A stretch of DNA of 32,000 nucleotides from Pasteurella multocida (GTDB taxonomy: Bacteria; Pseudomonadota; Gammaproteobacteria; Enterobacterales; Pasteurellaceae), in NCBI RefSeq assembly GCF_900187275.1, contig NZ_LT906458.1:1980001-2012000 (forward strand), given 5' to 3'. This document shows positions 1 to 11,293 of the stretch, one piece after another; position 1 is the stretch's first letter; every line of letters starts with the position of its first letter. Made by a program: the position numbers and the translations under genes. The notes under the pieces are model-generated. The model was not told where the DNA came from. It did not search any database and worked only from the letters and a program-made list of their open reading frames with translations.

Positions 1-2
1 AG

Positions 3-425
3 CCACTTTCATTTCAATCAGAAAGTAAAATCATTAAAGTCTTAGAGGAAACCTGTCCTGAATGCCGACATCCTTTGGTATTGAAACAAGGGCATTTTGG
101 CATGTTTATTGGTTGTAGCCACTATCCAGAATGCCATTTTGTGGTGCATGACGAACCCGAGGAACAAGCAGAAGAAACGATCCCTTGTCCCGATTGCCAA
201 CAAGGCGGATTGGTGGCTCGTCGTGGTCGTCAGGGCAAAGTCTTTTATGGCTGTGATCGCTTTCCTCATTGCAAATTTACCTTAGCGGCTAAGCCCTATT
301 TGGTCGCCTGTCCAGCGTGTGGGAGTTCAGTTTGTACCTTGAAAAAAGAAACGGACACTCAGCGCACTTTTCAATGTGCGAACAAACGTTGTCGCCATAT
401 TTTTAACTCGGAAATCACATCTTAA
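3..425 (+). CDS. yrdD: Topoisomerase I C-terminal-like zinc-finger protein (YrdD-like), 5' end outside window
   Basis: Open frame from the window edge to the stop at 423-425; repeated CPxC...C zinc-ribbon motifs (CPEC, CPDC, CPACG, CANKRC). The frame continues upstream of the ATG at 75 with in-frame CPECRHPL, so the true start lies outside the window. Confidence 0.8.
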   Translation, partial: PLSFQSESKIIKVLEETCPECRHPLVLKQGHFGMFIGCSHYPECHFVVHDEPEEQAEETIPCPDCQQGGLVARRGRQGKVFYGCDRFPHCKFTLAAKPYLVACPACGSSVCTLKKETDTQRTFQCANKRCRHIFNSEITS

Positions 426-976
426 TGAACATTCAACAAATCGTCGAACAACTTAAACAAAATGAAGTCGTCGCCTATCCGACCGAAGCGGTCTTTGGTT
501 TAGGTTGTAATCCCAATAGCGAAAGTGCGGTGCAAAAATTATTGGTGTTGAAACAACGCCCCGTCGAAAAAGGGCTGATTTTAGTCGCGCCTTGTTTGGA
601 CTATTTCTTGCCCTTTATAGACACCACAGCATTTAGCCAAGCCGATTGGGATCGTTTACAGGCTAAATATGATCGCCCTACGACGTGGGTTGTGCCAGCG
701 AAAACGACGACGCCCAAATTTTTAACAGGACAGTTTGACAGCATTGCGGTGCGTTTATGTGATCATCCGGCTGTGAAACAGCTGTGCGAACAAGCCGGTT
801 TTGCGTTGACTTCAACCAGTGCCAATTTGACGACTTTGCCACCTTGTCGTACGGCAGAAGAAGTCAAAACACAATTCGGGGCGGATTTTCCGGTATTGGA
901 TTTGCCTGTGGGAGAAGCAACCAATCCTTCTGAAATTCGTGATCTTTTTACTCATCAACTGTTTAGACAAGGTTAA
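425..976 (+). CDS. tsaC: L-threonylcarbamoyladenylate synthase (YrdC/Sua5 family)
   Basis: 183 aa; [37 protein letters not shown] motif and [10 protein letters not shown]; overlaps the upstream stop codon by one base. Confidence 0.93.
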   Translation: MNIQQIVEQLKQNEVVAYPTEAVFGLGCNPNSESAVQKLLVLKQRPVEKGLILVAPCLDYFLPFIDTTAFSQADWDRLQAKYDRPTTWVVPAKTTTPKFLTGQFDSIAVRLCDHPAVKQLCEQAGFALTSTSANLTTLPPCRTAEEVKTQFGADFPVLDLPVGEATNPSEIRDLFTHQLFRQG

Positions 977-1789
<813 letters not shown>

Positions 1790-1805
1790 AAAAACTGCAA
1801 AAAAA

Positions 1806-1838
1806 CACCGCACTTTTATACAAAGGCGGTGGTTTTTT
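1806..1838 (+). terminator. Probable bidirectional intrinsic terminator between aroE and lsrK, with an embedded uptake signal
   Basis: Arms CACCGC (1806-1811) and GCGGTG (1826-1831), then GTTTTTT; an A-run before the first arm gives a T-run on the minus strand. ACCGCACTT at 1807-1815. Confidence 0.7.
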
Positions 1839-1853
1839 GTTGCCAAGCGGGGA

Positions 1854-3422
1854 TTAGAGACCCGGCGCTTTCCACAGCGAAGTGGTTAATCCGCTATCAA
1901 CCAGCTGTAACTGTTTGGCATAGACATCAGCCCATTTTGCTTTATGTTTCTGATAAAGTTGATAATTCTCTGGATTCGGTTGGTGTTGACGTTCAAATTT
2001 GACTAATTTCTTGCCTGCTTCACTGAGTGACGGGTAGAGTCCGACCCCGACACCTGCAGCAATCGCACAGCCCAGTGCGGTGGCTTCTTTGACCACCGGG
2101 ATATTTACTACTAAGCCGGTCACATCGGCGAGAATTTGGCTCCAAAGTTTGCCTTTTGATCCACCGCCAGCGAAGACGATGGAAGTGAGGTTGACCCCCG
2201 AGAATTTTTCTACTTGATCTAAGTTGTAAGAAGACACTATGGCGGCATTTTCTTCTAACGCACGGAATAAGACCGGTTTATTACATTTTTCTGGATCAAT
2301 GGAGAGATTCACAAAAGACGGTGCCGCGTGATACCAAGATTTAAAGTGCATGGCATCGGAGAAAATCGGAATGACATCATTTGCGCCGACAGGCACACGT
2401 TCTGCCATTTGTTCTAATAAAGTATAGGTATCAATGCCTAAGCGTTCCGCTAGGATTTTCTCTTCTTGGCAAAACGCATCTCTAAACCAACGCATCGTTA
2501 AACCAGTAAAGAAACTAATGGATTCTGCTTGTACTAAAGGTGCAACAACATGGGGGTTAATCCGGACATTCATCTCAGGATCCGTGACGGGTTCAGGTAA
2601 ATTGACAACTTGTTGCCAGAATGTTCCACCAATGACCGCCGCTTGAGATGGCTCTGTAATGCCTAATCCAATACAGCCTAATTGCACATCACCGCCACCT
2701 ACTACGACAGGGGTGCCAGCATGTAAACCGGTTTGTTGGGCGACAAGCGTGCTGACGTTGCCGAGGATCTCACCGGTCTCTTTTACTGGAGTTAAAATAT
2801 CGCTATTGAGCCCTGCCATAGCCAGTAGTTCAGGTGCCCATTGTCGTGTTTTGAGATTGAGTATGCCGGTGGTGCCTGCATTGGACGGTTCTACGGCAAG
2901 TTCACCACTTAGCATAAAGCCAAGCCAGTCACTGATCATGGTCATGGCTTTCGTTTGTTGATAAATATCAGGACGATGGTGGGCGAGCCACAATAAACGA
3001 GGAACCGCACTCAGGGCAAGGGTTTGCCCTGAAATGGCATACAATTTTTCTTCAAAGCGGTGATCACAGCGTGCTTTTAATTCATTGACTTCTTCTGTGG
3101 CGCGGGCATCCACATTACCACAAGCCCAAATCGGTTGTTTATTTTCATCATATAACACAATGCCTTCACGCATGGAACAGGTTGAGATGGCGGCAATCTG
3201 TTGTGCTGGAATCTGGGATTTTTGGAGTGCTTGTTGGATGCAGTCACAAGCAAGTTGCCAGTTCGTGTTGAGATCAAATTCCATTGATCCAGGAATATTG
3301 GGATCAGCGAGGTGCGTCCATTCCCGTTGGGCAGCGACAATTTGATTCCCGTCTAAGTCAAAAATGACCGCACGTACACTCCCGGTCCCAGCATCAAGTG
3401 CCATAAGATATTGATTGCTCAT
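1854..3422 (-). CDS. lsrK: Autoinducer-2 kinase, FGGY carbohydrate kinase family
   Basis: 522 aa; [20 protein letters not shown]-terminus; adjacent to lsrR and divergent from the lsr transport operon. Confidence 0.93.
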   Translation of the reverse strand: MSNQYLMALDAGTGSVRAVIFDLDGNQIVAAQREWTHLADPNIPGSMEFDLNTNWQLACDCIQQALQKSQIPAQQIAAISTCSMREGIVLYDENKQPIWACGNVDARATEEVNELKARCDHRFEEKLYAISGQTLALSAVPRLLWLAHHRPDIYQQTKAMTMISDWLGFMLSGELAVEPSNAGTTGILNLKTRQWAPELLAMAGLNSDILTPVKETGEILGNVSTLVAQQTGLHAGTPVVVGGGDVQLGCIGLGITEPSQAAVIGGTFWQQVVNLPEPVTDPEMNVRINPHVVAPLVQAESISFFTGLTMRWFRDAFCQEEKILAERLGIDTYTLLEQMAERVPVGANDVIPIFSDAMHFKSWYHAAPSFVNLSIDPEKCNKPVLFRALEENAAIVSSYNLDQVEKFSGVNLTSIVFAGGGSKGKLWSQILADVTGLVVNIPVVKEATALGCAIAAGVGVGLYPSLSEAGKKLVKFERQHQPNPENYQLYQKHKAKWADVYAKQLQLVDSGLTTSLWKAPGL

Positions 3423-3468
3423 TGATTTCTCCTTTCGCTGTAAGGAAGTAAAAGGAGCTCTTATCGCA

Positions 3469-4434
3469 TCACACTAAGGCGGCTAACATCATTCGAGCTG
3501 TTTTTTCTTCCGTTACTAATGAATTAATATGTTGTCCATATAAGGCACTTAGGATGGCTTCGACTTTGTCTTCACCACCCGCAATGCCAATCACATTTGG
3601 GATTTTTTTCAAATTATCGAGCGTGACGCTAATCAGTTCTTCGTGTAAGGGCATATCCGGCTGGAGCTGTCCGTCTTTTTGCATAAAGTAGCCGAGAATA
3701 TCACCTACCGCACCTTGTTCACGTATTAAACGTTGTTTTTCTTCGGTAATGTAACCAGTGCGCAGCAATGTGGCTTGCCCTTTCTGGCGCGTGGCGCCGA
3801 TGCCAACAATGGCAGCATCGGCATGACAGGCCGCAAGCATAATATCTCTAACACAGGCTTCTCGTTTAAAGAGCTTTGCTGCTTCAATCGAAGACGCGCG
3901 TAAAGGTGCGGGAATAATACTGACGGAACAAGAGCCATCCAACTGACCTATCCCTTTCATATAAGGTCCCACCCCACCAGATAACGTAATCAACTTCAGA
4001 TGATTGTGTGTAATAAACTCATTACTGTGCTTAATCGTTTGCATAATGGTTTCACCAAAACCAATCGCTAAGCGCTGATTGGGCTTTAGCATCGACATCA
4101 GCATTTGTGATGCCCCAATCCCTAAACGTTCATTGATTTCGTTTTTTTCTAACGCCGGCAAAATACGTATGTGTTTTAACTGAAAATGTTCTTTCAGTGC
4201 TTCTTCTAATTCAAGGCAACCGGTAAAACGTGAGTTAATCTGGACTTTAATAATGCCTTGTTGTCGTCCTTTTTCTAATAAACGTGATACTTTTAAACGA
4301 GGTAAACCCAATTTATCACCAATTTCCCCTTGTGTGAGATTATCGTGGTAATAGAACCACGCAATTCGTGCAAGTAGCTCTTCTTCACTCATCGTTTGGC
4401 TAGCATCAAGGGTTTCAAATTTATTGTCTATCAT
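3469..4434 (-). CDS. lsrR: LsrR transcriptional regulator (SorC/DeoR type)
   Basis: 321 aa; [44 protein letters not shown] helix-turn-helix and SorC-type sugar-binding domain; genomic context. Confidence 0.93.
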   Translation of the reverse strand: MIDNKFETLDASQTMSEEELLARIAWFYYHDNLTQGEIGDKLGLPRLKVSRLLEKGRQQGIIKVQINSRFTGCLELEEALKEHFQLKHIRILPALEKNEINERLGIGASQMLMSMLKPNQRLAIGFGETIMQTIKHSNEFITHNHLKLITLSGGVGPYMKGIGQLDGSCSVSIIPAPLRASSIEAAKLFKREACVRDIMLAACHADAAIVGIGATRQKGQATLLRTGYITEEKQRLIREQGAVGDILGYFMQKDGQLQPDMPLHEELISVTLDNLKKIPNVIGIAGGEDKVEAILSALYGQHINSLVTEEKTARMMLAALV

Positions 4435-4514
4435 AGTTATATTCTCAATGGCTTAATGCATTATTCATTTGTTTAATTTTATTATCAACTGTTCATTTTA
4501 CTTTTTTATTTAAT

Positions 4515-4530
4515 TGTGAGGAAGATCACT
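4515..4530. promoter_or_regulatory. Candidate CRP site in the lsrR-lsrA divergent region
   Basis: TGTGA-GGAAGA-TCACT, 9 of 10 matches to TGTGA-N6-TCACA. Confidence 0.7.
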
Positions 4531-4633
4531 TTTTCATAATAAATAAGCAATTTTGCGCTATTTTATCACAACTTTTGATCTGTTTTTGTGATCTTGATCG
4601 CGGAAATATTGCTATTTAGTGATTAAGATAATT

Positions 4634-4663
4634 AACAAATGATAAATTAAAAAATCATTTGTT
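4634..4663. promoter_or_regulatory. Candidate LsrR operator: inverted repeat just upstream of lsrA
   Basis: AACAAATGAT (4634-4643), 10 nt spacer, ATCATTTGTT (4654-4663): perfect 10-bp arms. Confidence 0.5.
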
Positions 4664-4686
4664 CAATTTGTAGGGAAGAGAACATT

Positions 4687-6204
4687 ATGCAATCCGACAA
4701 TTTAGAAACGAAATGCTTATTAGATGCGCGTCATATCAGCAAGTCTTTTTCCGGTGTAGAAGTATTAAAAGCCATTGATTTTTCATTGTATGCCGGTGAA
4801 GTGCATGCCTTATTAGGTGGAAATGGGGCAGGTAAGTCCACCTTAATGAAAATAATTGCTGGGATTCAGCCGCCAGATAGTGGCGAATTGCTCATTAAAG
4901 GCAAACGACAGGCAGGGCTTTCACCAAATAAAGCACATCAACTCGGTATTTATTTAGTACCACAAGAACCTTTATTGTTTCCAAATTTAAGCGTGAAAGA
5001 GAATATTTTATTTGGGCTAGCGAACACGGCGGAAAATGAGAAAAAACTGACCGCACTTTTATCTGAATTGAACTCACATTTGAAATTAGATATGCAAGCC
5101 GGTTTGCTTGAAGTGGCGGATCAGCAAATTGTGGAAATCATGCGTGGTTTAATGCGTAATGCCGAGATTTTGATTTTGGATGAGCCTACGGCGTCGTTGA
5201 CACCGGCTGAAACAAATAACTTCTTTCGCAAAATTAACTCATTACTCAATAAAGGTGTGGGGATTGTGTTTATTTCGCATAAATTACCCGAAGTTTGGCA
5301 AATTTCACATCGTATTAGTGTGATGCGAGATGGTTATATTGCCTTAGCTGGAAAAACAGATGAACTCAATAGTGATGAGGTTATCAGTGCGATTACGCCG
5401 AAAGCCAAATCGACTCGCTTAACGGAAGCACAGAAACTGTGGTTAGAGCTACCGGGGCATCATCGGGTTAAATCAACAGATCAACCCATTCTTCGTGTTG
5501 AGAACCTGACAGGCGAAGGGTTTAAGCATGTTTCCTTTTCAATTTATCCCGGTGAAATTTTAGGGTTAGCAGGTGTCGTGGGAGCGGGACGTACCGAGCT
5601 GGCTGAAACCCTGTATGGTTTGCGCCAAAAAAAATCGGGTGAAATTGTTTTCAACCAGCAAGAGATTAGTCAAATGAGCATCAAGCAGCGATTGGAGGAA
5701 GGGATTGTCTATTTACCAGAAGACAGACAAGCATCTGGTCTTTATTTAGATGCGCCACTGACCTGGAATGCTTGTGCTTTAACCTATAACAACATGGGAT
5801 TGTGGATTAATACGGCACGAGAAAGCGCCATTTTAGAACGTTACCATCGTGCTATCGGAATTAAGTTTAGCGATGAACAACAAGCGGCGAGAACGTTATC
5901 GGGTGGAAATCAACAAAAAGTGTTAATTGCTAAGTGCTTAGAGGCCGATCCGGCTTTATTGATTGTCGATGAACCAACACGTGGTGTAGATGTAGGGGCA
6001 CGTGCCGATATTTATCAATTAATTCAAAGTGTGGCGAAGCAAAATGTGGCGGTGCTTTTTATTTCTTCAGATCTAGAGGAAATTGAAAAAATGTCTGATC
6101 GCGTGCTAGTGATGCATGATGGGCAGCTTAGTGAATCGCTAGTGGGATCGGCGATCAATACAGCGAATATTATGAATATGGCATTTGGCGCGACAAAGGC
6201 ATAA
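4687..6204 (+). CDS. lsrA: AI-2 import ATP-binding protein
   Basis: 505 aa dual ABC ATPase; Walker [25 protein letters not shown] signature, second-domain [10 protein letters not shown]. Confidence 0.94.
   Translation: MQSDNLETKCLLDARHISKSFSGVEVLKAIDFSLYAGEVHALLGGNGAGKSTLMKIIAGIQPPDSGELLIKGKRQAGLSPNKAHQLGIYLVPQEPLLFPNLSVKENILFGLANTAENEKKLTALLSELNSHLKLDMQAGLLEVADQQIVEIMRGLMRNAEILILDEPTASLTPAETNNFFRKINSLLNKGVGIVFISHKLPEVWQISHRISVMRDGYIALAGKTDELNSDEVISAITPKAKSTRLTEAQKLWLELPGHHRVKSTDQPILRVENLTGEGFKHVSFSIYPGEILGLAGVVGAGRTELAETLYGLRQKKSGEIVFNQQEISQMSIKQRLEEGIVYLPEDRQASGLYLDAPLTWNACALTYNNMGLWINTARESAILERYHRAIGIKFSDEQQAARTLSGGNQQKVLIAKCLEADPALLIVDEPTRGVDVGARADIYQLIQSVAKQNVAVLFISSDLEEIEKMSDRVLVMHDGQLSESLVGSAINTANIMNMAFGATKA
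5050..5058 (-). repeat. DNA uptake signal sequence inside lsrA
   Basis: ACCGCACTT, complement of AAGTGCGGT. Confidence 0.8.
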
Positions 6205-6216
6205 GGGGCATAAGGT

Positions 6217-7209
6217 ATGTGGAAATTTATACAAGATAACCGTGAATTAACCATTGTCTTTGCGATCGGATTGCTGTTTACCTTACTCAGTCTTGGAGGC
6301 AGCGGCTTTCATTTACAAACGTTGGCAATGATTTTTAACTCGGCACAAATTGTGATTTTGCTGGCGATTGGTGCCACGTTTGTCATTTTGACGCGCAATA
6401 TTGATGTGTCGGTGGGTTCAACGATGGGCTTATGTGCCGTCATTGCCGGTAGTTTACTTAATGCCGGATTTGGTGCGAGCGCTTTTGTGATTACTCTATG
6501 TTGTGGGCTGTTGGCTGGTTTATTTAATGGCATTTTAGTCACACTACTACGTATCCCTGCCATTGTGGCGACCTTAGGAACACTTGGATTGTATAAAGGT
6601 ATTATGTTGCTAATTACAGGTGGTAAATGGATTGAGGGCTTACCACAGGATTTAAAAACCTTGTCTGCGCCAGCATTTTTGCACATTTCGCCGATCGGTT
6701 GGCTACTTTTAGGCTTGATTGGCTTAACGTATTTCTTTTTAACCAAAATGAAAGCAGGGCGTGATTTTTATGCCGTAGGTGACAATTTGCAGGGCGCATT
6801 ACAATTAGGTGTGCGTGTGAATCAGGTACGAATTGCCGCCTTTGCCATTAACGGTACGATGGCGGCATTAGCCGGTATTGTGTTTGCCTCACAAATCGGC
6901 TTTGTGCCTAACTCAACGGGGAATGGATTAGAAATGAAAGCGATTGCTGCTTGTGTGTTAGGTGGGATTAGCTTACTTGGTGGGGCGGGGAACATTATTG
7001 GTGCTGTTTTAGGTGCCTATTTCCTGATCCAAATTGACTCTATTTTGGTGTTGTTAAAAGTGCCTGCTTATTGGAATAACTTTGTAGCAGGTTTAGTGCT
7101 CTTAGCGGTCTTGGTGTTTGACGGACGTATTCGCGTGATGATTAACAATAATATTAAACTTCAGCGTTATGCCCGTTTCTTAAAAGACGATCAAGATGCG
7201 GTGAAATAA
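6217..7209 (+). CDS. lsrC: AI-2 import permease
   Basis: 330 aa hydrophobic RbsC-like permease; [17 protein letters not shown]; position in lsr operon. Confidence 0.92.
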   Translation: MWKFIQDNRELTIVFAIGLLFTLLSLGGSGFHLQTLAMIFNSAQIVILLAIGATFVILTRNIDVSVGSTMGLCAVIAGSLLNAGFGASAFVITLCCGLLAGLFNGILVTLLRIPAIVATLGTLGLYKGIMLLITGGKWIEGLPQDLKTLSAPAFLHISPIGWLLLGLIGLTYFFLTKMKAGRDFYAVGDNLQGALQLGVRVNQVRIAAFAINGTMAALAGIVFASQIGFVPNSTGNGLEMKAIAACVLGGISLLGGAGNIIGAVLGAYFLIQIDSILVLLKVPAYWNNFVAGLVLLAVLVFDGRIRVMINNNIKLQRYARFLKDDQDAVK

Positions 7210-7231
7210 GGGGAAGCAAAGGATGTTTAAC

Positions 7232-8224
7232 ATGAAAAAATACAGTTGGGAAATCGCCCTATTTTGCTTAGTGATTATTGAAATTTTAGGCTTTGGTATG
7301 TTTAATCCGCGCATGTTGGATCTCAATGTGCTGCTCTATAGTACCAGTGATTTTATTTATATCGGTATGCTTGCTTTACCGCTGACCATGATTATTGTGT
7401 CAGGGGGGATGGATATTTCGTTTGGTTCAACAGTCGGGTTATGTGCGATCTTTTTGGGGGTATTATTTAAATCGGATGTCCCGCTCAGCTTGGCGATTCC
7501 ATTAACTTTCTTAGTAGGTATTTTATGTGGGGTGGTGAATGCAAGTCTGATTCTTTATACCAAAGTTAACCCGTTAGTGATTACATTAGGAACCATGTAT
7601 TTATTTGGGGGCGGGGCATTATTATTGTCTGGTTTTGCAGGTGCCACTGGTTATGAAGGCATCGGAGGTTTTCCTGAAAGCTTATTAGAATTTGCCAACC
7701 AAACCCTATTTGGTATTCCGACCCCGATTATTTACTTTTTATTGATGACGCTGGTCTTTTGGTTATTGATGCATAAAACCACTATTGGACGCAGTATTTT
7801 CTTAATTGGGCAGAGTGAACGGACTTCACGTTATAGTGCCGTGCCGATCACAGGTACATTGTATATTATTTATTCAGCGATCGGTGTCGTGGCAGCGTTT
7901 GTGGGGATTTTGTTAGTGTCCTATTTTGGCTCTGCGCGTTCTGATCTTGGCAGTTCTCTCTTAATGCCCGTCTTGACGGCGGTTGTACTGGGCGGCGCGA
8001 ATATTTATGGTGGATCAGGTTCTATCATTGGCACAGCAATTGCCGCACTTCTGATTGGGTATTTGCAACAAGGACTACAAATGGTCGGTGTTTCAAATGA
8101 AATATCCAGTGCATTATCAGGTGCGTTACTCATTATTGTTTTAATCGGAAAATCTATTAGTTTGCACTACGGTGCCATTGTGCAATGGATTCATCGAAAA
8201 ACGAAAAGCGAGTCAACTCATTAA
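7232..8224 (+). CDS. lsrD: AI-2 import permease
   Basis: Hydrophobic permease; [16 protein letters not shown]. The ATG at 7223 overlaps the apparent Shine-Dalgarno AAAGGA, so 7232 is preferred. Confidence 0.92.
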   Translation: MKKYSWEIALFCLVIIEILGFGMFNPRMLDLNVLLYSTSDFIYIGMLALPLTMIIVSGGMDISFGSTVGLCAIFLGVLFKSDVPLSLAIPLTFLVGILCGVVNASLILYTKVNPLVITLGTMYLFGGGALLLSGFAGATGYEGIGGFPESLLEFANQTLFGIPTPIIYFLLMTLVFWLLMHKTTIGRSIFLIGQSERTSRYSAVPITGTLYIIYSAIGVVAAFVGILLVSYFGSARSDLGSSLLMPVLTAVVLGGANIYGGSGSIIGTAIAALLIGYLQQGLQMVGVSNEISSALSGALLIIVLIGKSISLHYGAIVQWIHRKTKSESTH

Positions 8225-8253
8225 TGTTTCTATCCGAAGAAGGAGAATTAACT

Positions 8254-9270
8254 ATGAAAAATCAATTAAAAGCTACCGCACTTGCCATTGCTGTTGGATT
8301 ATCTGCTTTAGGGACAGCGCAAGCCGCCGATCGTATTGCCTTTATTCCAAAGCTCGTCGGGGTAGGATTTTTTACCAGTGGTGGACAAGGTGCAACAGAA
8401 ATGGGCAAAACATTAGGGGTAGATGTGACTTACGATGGTCCAACAGAACCGAGTGTGTCTAACCAAGTACAATTAATCAATAACTTTGTGAACCAAGGTT
8501 ATAACGCTATTGTTGTTTCTGCGGTATCACCAGATGGGTTGTGTTCTACCTTACAACGTGCGATGAAACGTGGTGTGAAAGTATTAACTTGGGACTCCGA
8601 TACGAAACCTGAATGTCGTAGTCACTATATTAACCAAGGTACACCAGAACAGTTAGGTTCTATGTTAGTTGACATGGCATCAAGTCAAATGAGCAAACCA
8701 AAAGCCAAAGTTGCCTTCTTCTATTCTAGCCCAACAGTAACTGACCAAAACCAATGGGTAAAAGAAGCGAAAGCGAAGATCGCTAAAGATCATCCAGAAT
8801 GGGAAATCGTGACGACCCAATTTGGTTATAACGATGCGATTAAATCCTTACAAACAGCAGAAGGTATTTTAAAAGCCTATCCAGATTTAGATGCGATTAT
8901 CGCGCCAGACGCCAATGCATTGCCAGCCGCCGCGCAAGCAGCGGAAAATTTGAAAGTGAACAATGTAGTTATCGTAGGCTTTAGTACACCAAATGTGATG
9001 CGCCCATATGTGAAACGTGGCACCGTGAAACAATTCGGTTTATGGGATGTGGTCCAACAAGGCAAAATTTCCATTGCAGTGGCGAATGAGTTATTAAAAG
9101 GTAAGGCATTGAATGTCGGTGATAAAGTGGATGTACAAGGTATTGGTACGGTCGAAGTGTCACCAAATAAAGTACAAGGTTATGAATATGAGGCGAAAGG
9201 TAATGGCATTATCTTATTACCAGAGCGCGTCGTGTTTACGAAAGAAAATATCGATAATTACAATTTCTAG
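8254..9270 (+). CDS. lsrB: AI-2 binding periplasmic protein
   Basis: [44 protein letters not shown]: signal peptide plus LsrB-like mature start. The supplied ORF start 8185 overlaps lsrD; ATG at 8254 follows AGGAG. Confidence 0.95.
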   Translation: MKNQLKATALAIAVGLSALGTAQAADRIAFIPKLVGVGFFTSGGQGATEMGKTLGVDVTYDGPTEPSVSNQVQLINNFVNQGYNAIVVSAVSPDGLCSTLQRAMKRGVKVLTWDSDTKPECRSHYINQGTPEQLGSMLVDMASSQMSKPKAKVAFFYSSPTVTDQNQWVKEAKAKIAKDHPEWEIVTTQFGYNDAIKSLQTAEGILKAYPDLDAIIAPDANALPAAAQAAENLKVNNVVIVGFSTPNVMRPYVKRGTVKQFGLWDVVQQGKISIAVANELLKGKALNVGDKVDVQGIGTVEVSPNKVQGYEYEAKGNGIILLPERVVFTKENIDNYNF

Positions 9271-9284
9271 TTGAGGAGAAGTCA

Positions 9285-10157
9285 ATGGCAGATTTAGATG
9301 ATATTAAAGACGGTAAAGATTTTGGATTAGATCGCCCGCAACAACATAAGGCGTTTTATTTGAAGGGATCGGGCGCACTGGATTGGGGCATGCAATCACG
9401 TTTAGCCGATATCTTTAATCCGAAGACCGGTAAAACTATCATGTTGGCATTTGATCATGGTTATTTCCAAGGTCCGACGACCGGATTAGAGCGTATTGAT
9501 TTACATATTGCACCGCTGTTTGAGTACACCGATGTGTTAATGTGTACACGTGGTATTTTACGTAGTGTTGTGCCACCAGAAACCCGTAAACCAGTTGTGT
9601 TAAGAGCCTCTGGTGCAAACTCGATCTTGACAGAGTTATCGAATGAAGCGGTCGCTGTTTCCGTTGAAGATGCATTACGTCTGAATGTGTCAGCAATGGC
9701 GGCACAGGTGTATATTGGTTCTGAGCACGAGCATCAATCCATTAAAAACATTATTCAATTAGTGGATCAAGGTACGCGTTATGGTATGCCAACCATGGCA
9801 GTAACAGGCGTGGGTAAAGATATGGCGCGTGATCAACGTTATTTCTCATTGGCGACGCGAATTGCTGCCGAAATGGGGGCACATATCATTAAAACCTATT
9901 ATGTGGATAAAGGTTTTGAGCGTATTACAGCGGGTTGCCCAGTGCCAATTGTGATTGCGGGTGGTAAAAAACTACCAGAACGCGAGGCACTTGAAATGTG
10001 TTATCAAGCCATTGATCAGGGCGCATTAGGTGTGGATATGGGACGTAATATTTTCCAATCTGAAGCACCGATTGCGATGTTGAAAGCGGTTCATGCTGTG
10101 GTACATGGCGGTGAAACAGCAGAAAAAGCTTATCAACTTTACCTTGATGAAAAATAA
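9285..10157 (+). CDS. lsrF: 3-hydroxy-2,4-pentadione 5-phosphate thiolase
   Basis: 290 aa; [18 protein letters not shown] start and class I aldolase-like fold sequence ([20 protein letters not shown]). Confidence 0.95.
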   Translation: MADLDDIKDGKDFGLDRPQQHKAFYLKGSGALDWGMQSRLADIFNPKTGKTIMLAFDHGYFQGPTTGLERIDLHIAPLFEYTDVLMCTRGILRSVVPPETRKPVVLRASGANSILTELSNEAVAVSVEDALRLNVSAMAAQVYIGSEHEHQSIKNIIQLVDQGTRYGMPTMAVTGVGKDMARDQRYFSLATRIAAEMGAHIIKTYYVDKGFERITAGCPVPIVIAGGKKLPEREALEMCYQAIDQGALGVDMGRNIFQSEAPIAMLKAVHAVVHGGETAEKAYQLYLDEK

Positions 10158-10175
10158 CGCGTGAATAAGCCTATC

Positions 10176-10215
10176 AAAGAGCGGTTGAAATTCGGTGAAA
10201 ACCAACCGCTCTTTT
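10176..10215 (+). terminator. Terminator/attenuator-like hairpin between lsrF and lsrG
   Basis: AAAGAGCGGTTG (10176-10187), 15 nt loop, CAACCGCTCTTT (10203-10214) then T: perfect 12-bp stem with a short T-run. Confidence 0.6.
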
Positions 10216-10248
10216 CATGATGTTTTTCTTTATGTTAGGGAGTCGACT

Positions 10249-10563
10249 ATGTTTGCAATGTTAGTGGAAATCAATATTAAAGAAGGTAAAGAACAAGAAT
10301 TCCTAGAGGTTTTTGCACGCAACCATATTGGTACAAGACAAGAACCGGGTAACTTGCGTTTTGATGTATTACGCGATCCTGAAATCAAAACACGTTTTTA
10401 TGCTTATGAAGTGTACGTCAATGAACAAGCCTTAGAGGCGCATCGTCAAACGGCACATTACCATCGTTGTGTCGCAGAATTAGAACCTTTGATGACGGGG
10501 GCGAGAAGTAAAAAACTGTTTGATTGGGTCATGCCTGAGAACTTAACGAATGAATGTGGATAA
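10249..10563 (+). CDS. lsrG: (4S)-4-hydroxy-5-phosphonooxypentane-2,3-dione isomerase
   Basis: MFAMLVEINIKEGKEQEFLEVFARNHIGTRQEPGNLRFDVLRD; antibiotic biosynthesis monooxygenase-type fold. ATG at 10249 preferred over ORF start 10195. Confidence 0.94.
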   Translation: MFAMLVEINIKEGKEQEFLEVFARNHIGTRQEPGNLRFDVLRDPEIKTRFYAYEVYVNEQALEAHRQTAHYHRCVAELEPLMTGARSKKLFDWVMPENLTNECG

Positions 10564-11245
10564 AAAACAGCTAATTCAACAATTAAAAACACAACCGATA
10601 AGCGTGGGCATTTTGGCTTCTGATTGGTTGAAATTCGCCGATACACTCACGACCTTATCGCGACATCATTTGCGTTTGTTGCACTTTGATATTGGAGATG
10701 GGCAATTTTCGCCTTTCTTTACTGTAGGTGCGCTTGCGGTGAAACAATTCCCGTCCCCTTGGCTTAAAGATGTACATTTAATGGTAAACGATCCTTTTCA
10801 TGTAGCTAAAGCCTGTGCTGATGCGGGGGCGGATATCATTACATTGCAAGTGGAACAGACAGACTGTCTGGCTGAAACGATAGGTTATCTACGGGAACAT
10901 TATCCCAATTTACTTATCGGACTGACACTTTGTCCTGATACAGAGATTGATTTGTTAACCCCTTATTTAGCGCAAATCGATTTAATTCAGATTCTGACCC
11001 TTGATCCGAGAACGGGTGTAAAAGCGGAAACAGATGCCGTCATTAAACGTATTACGCGAATAAGTAATGTGTTAGGGGAGCATCGCGATCAAAAATTGAT
11101 TTCTGTTGATGGCTCAATGAATTTAGCACTGGCAAGCCAATTATTTCCTTTGGGGATTGATTGGGTCGTCTCGGGTAGTGCGTTGTTTAGCCAAGAAGAT
11201 GTAGATGCCACGTTATCGGAATGGAAGACCCATCTCTGTCGCTAA
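10550..11245 (+). CDS. lsrE: Ribulose-phosphate 3-epimerase family protein, LsrE-like
   Basis: 231 aa; LLHFDIGDGQFSPFFTVGA, KDVHLMV, SVDGSMN. Overlaps lsrG by 14 nt. Salmonella carries lsrE in the same relative position. Confidence 0.8.
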   Translation: MNVDKKQLIQQLKTQPISVGILASDWLKFADTLTTLSRHHLRLLHFDIGDGQFSPFFTVGALAVKQFPSPWLKDVHLMVNDPFHVAKACADAGADIITLQVEQTDCLAETIGYLREHYPNLLIGLTLCPDTEIDLLTPYLAQIDLIQILTLDPRTGVKAETDAVIKRITRISNVLGEHRDQKLISVDGSMNLALASQLFPLGIDWVVSGSALFSQEDVDATLSEWKTHLCR

Positions 11246-11264
11246 TCAGTGTTTTGCGTATTTT

Positions 11265-11288
11265 TCTGCACCTAGTTTTAGGTGCAGA
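11265..11288. terminator. Hairpin after the lsr operon, between lsrE and the convergent rarD-like gene
   Basis: TCTGCACCTA (11265-11274) and TAGGTGCAGA (11279-11288); no strong downstream T-run on either strand, so terminator function is uncertain. Confidence 0.45.
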
Positions 11289-11293
11289 TCATG

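Noticed and set aside
6309-6746. 145-aa minus-strand ORF opposite lsrC
   Set aside because: Shadow ORF of a permease gene, rich in K/P/A, no recognisable family.
8185-8253. Upstream extension of the lsrB ORF ([23 protein letters not shown])
   Set aside because: It overlaps the end of lsrD and precedes a proper ribosome-binding site and signal peptide at 8254, so it is not expected to be translated.
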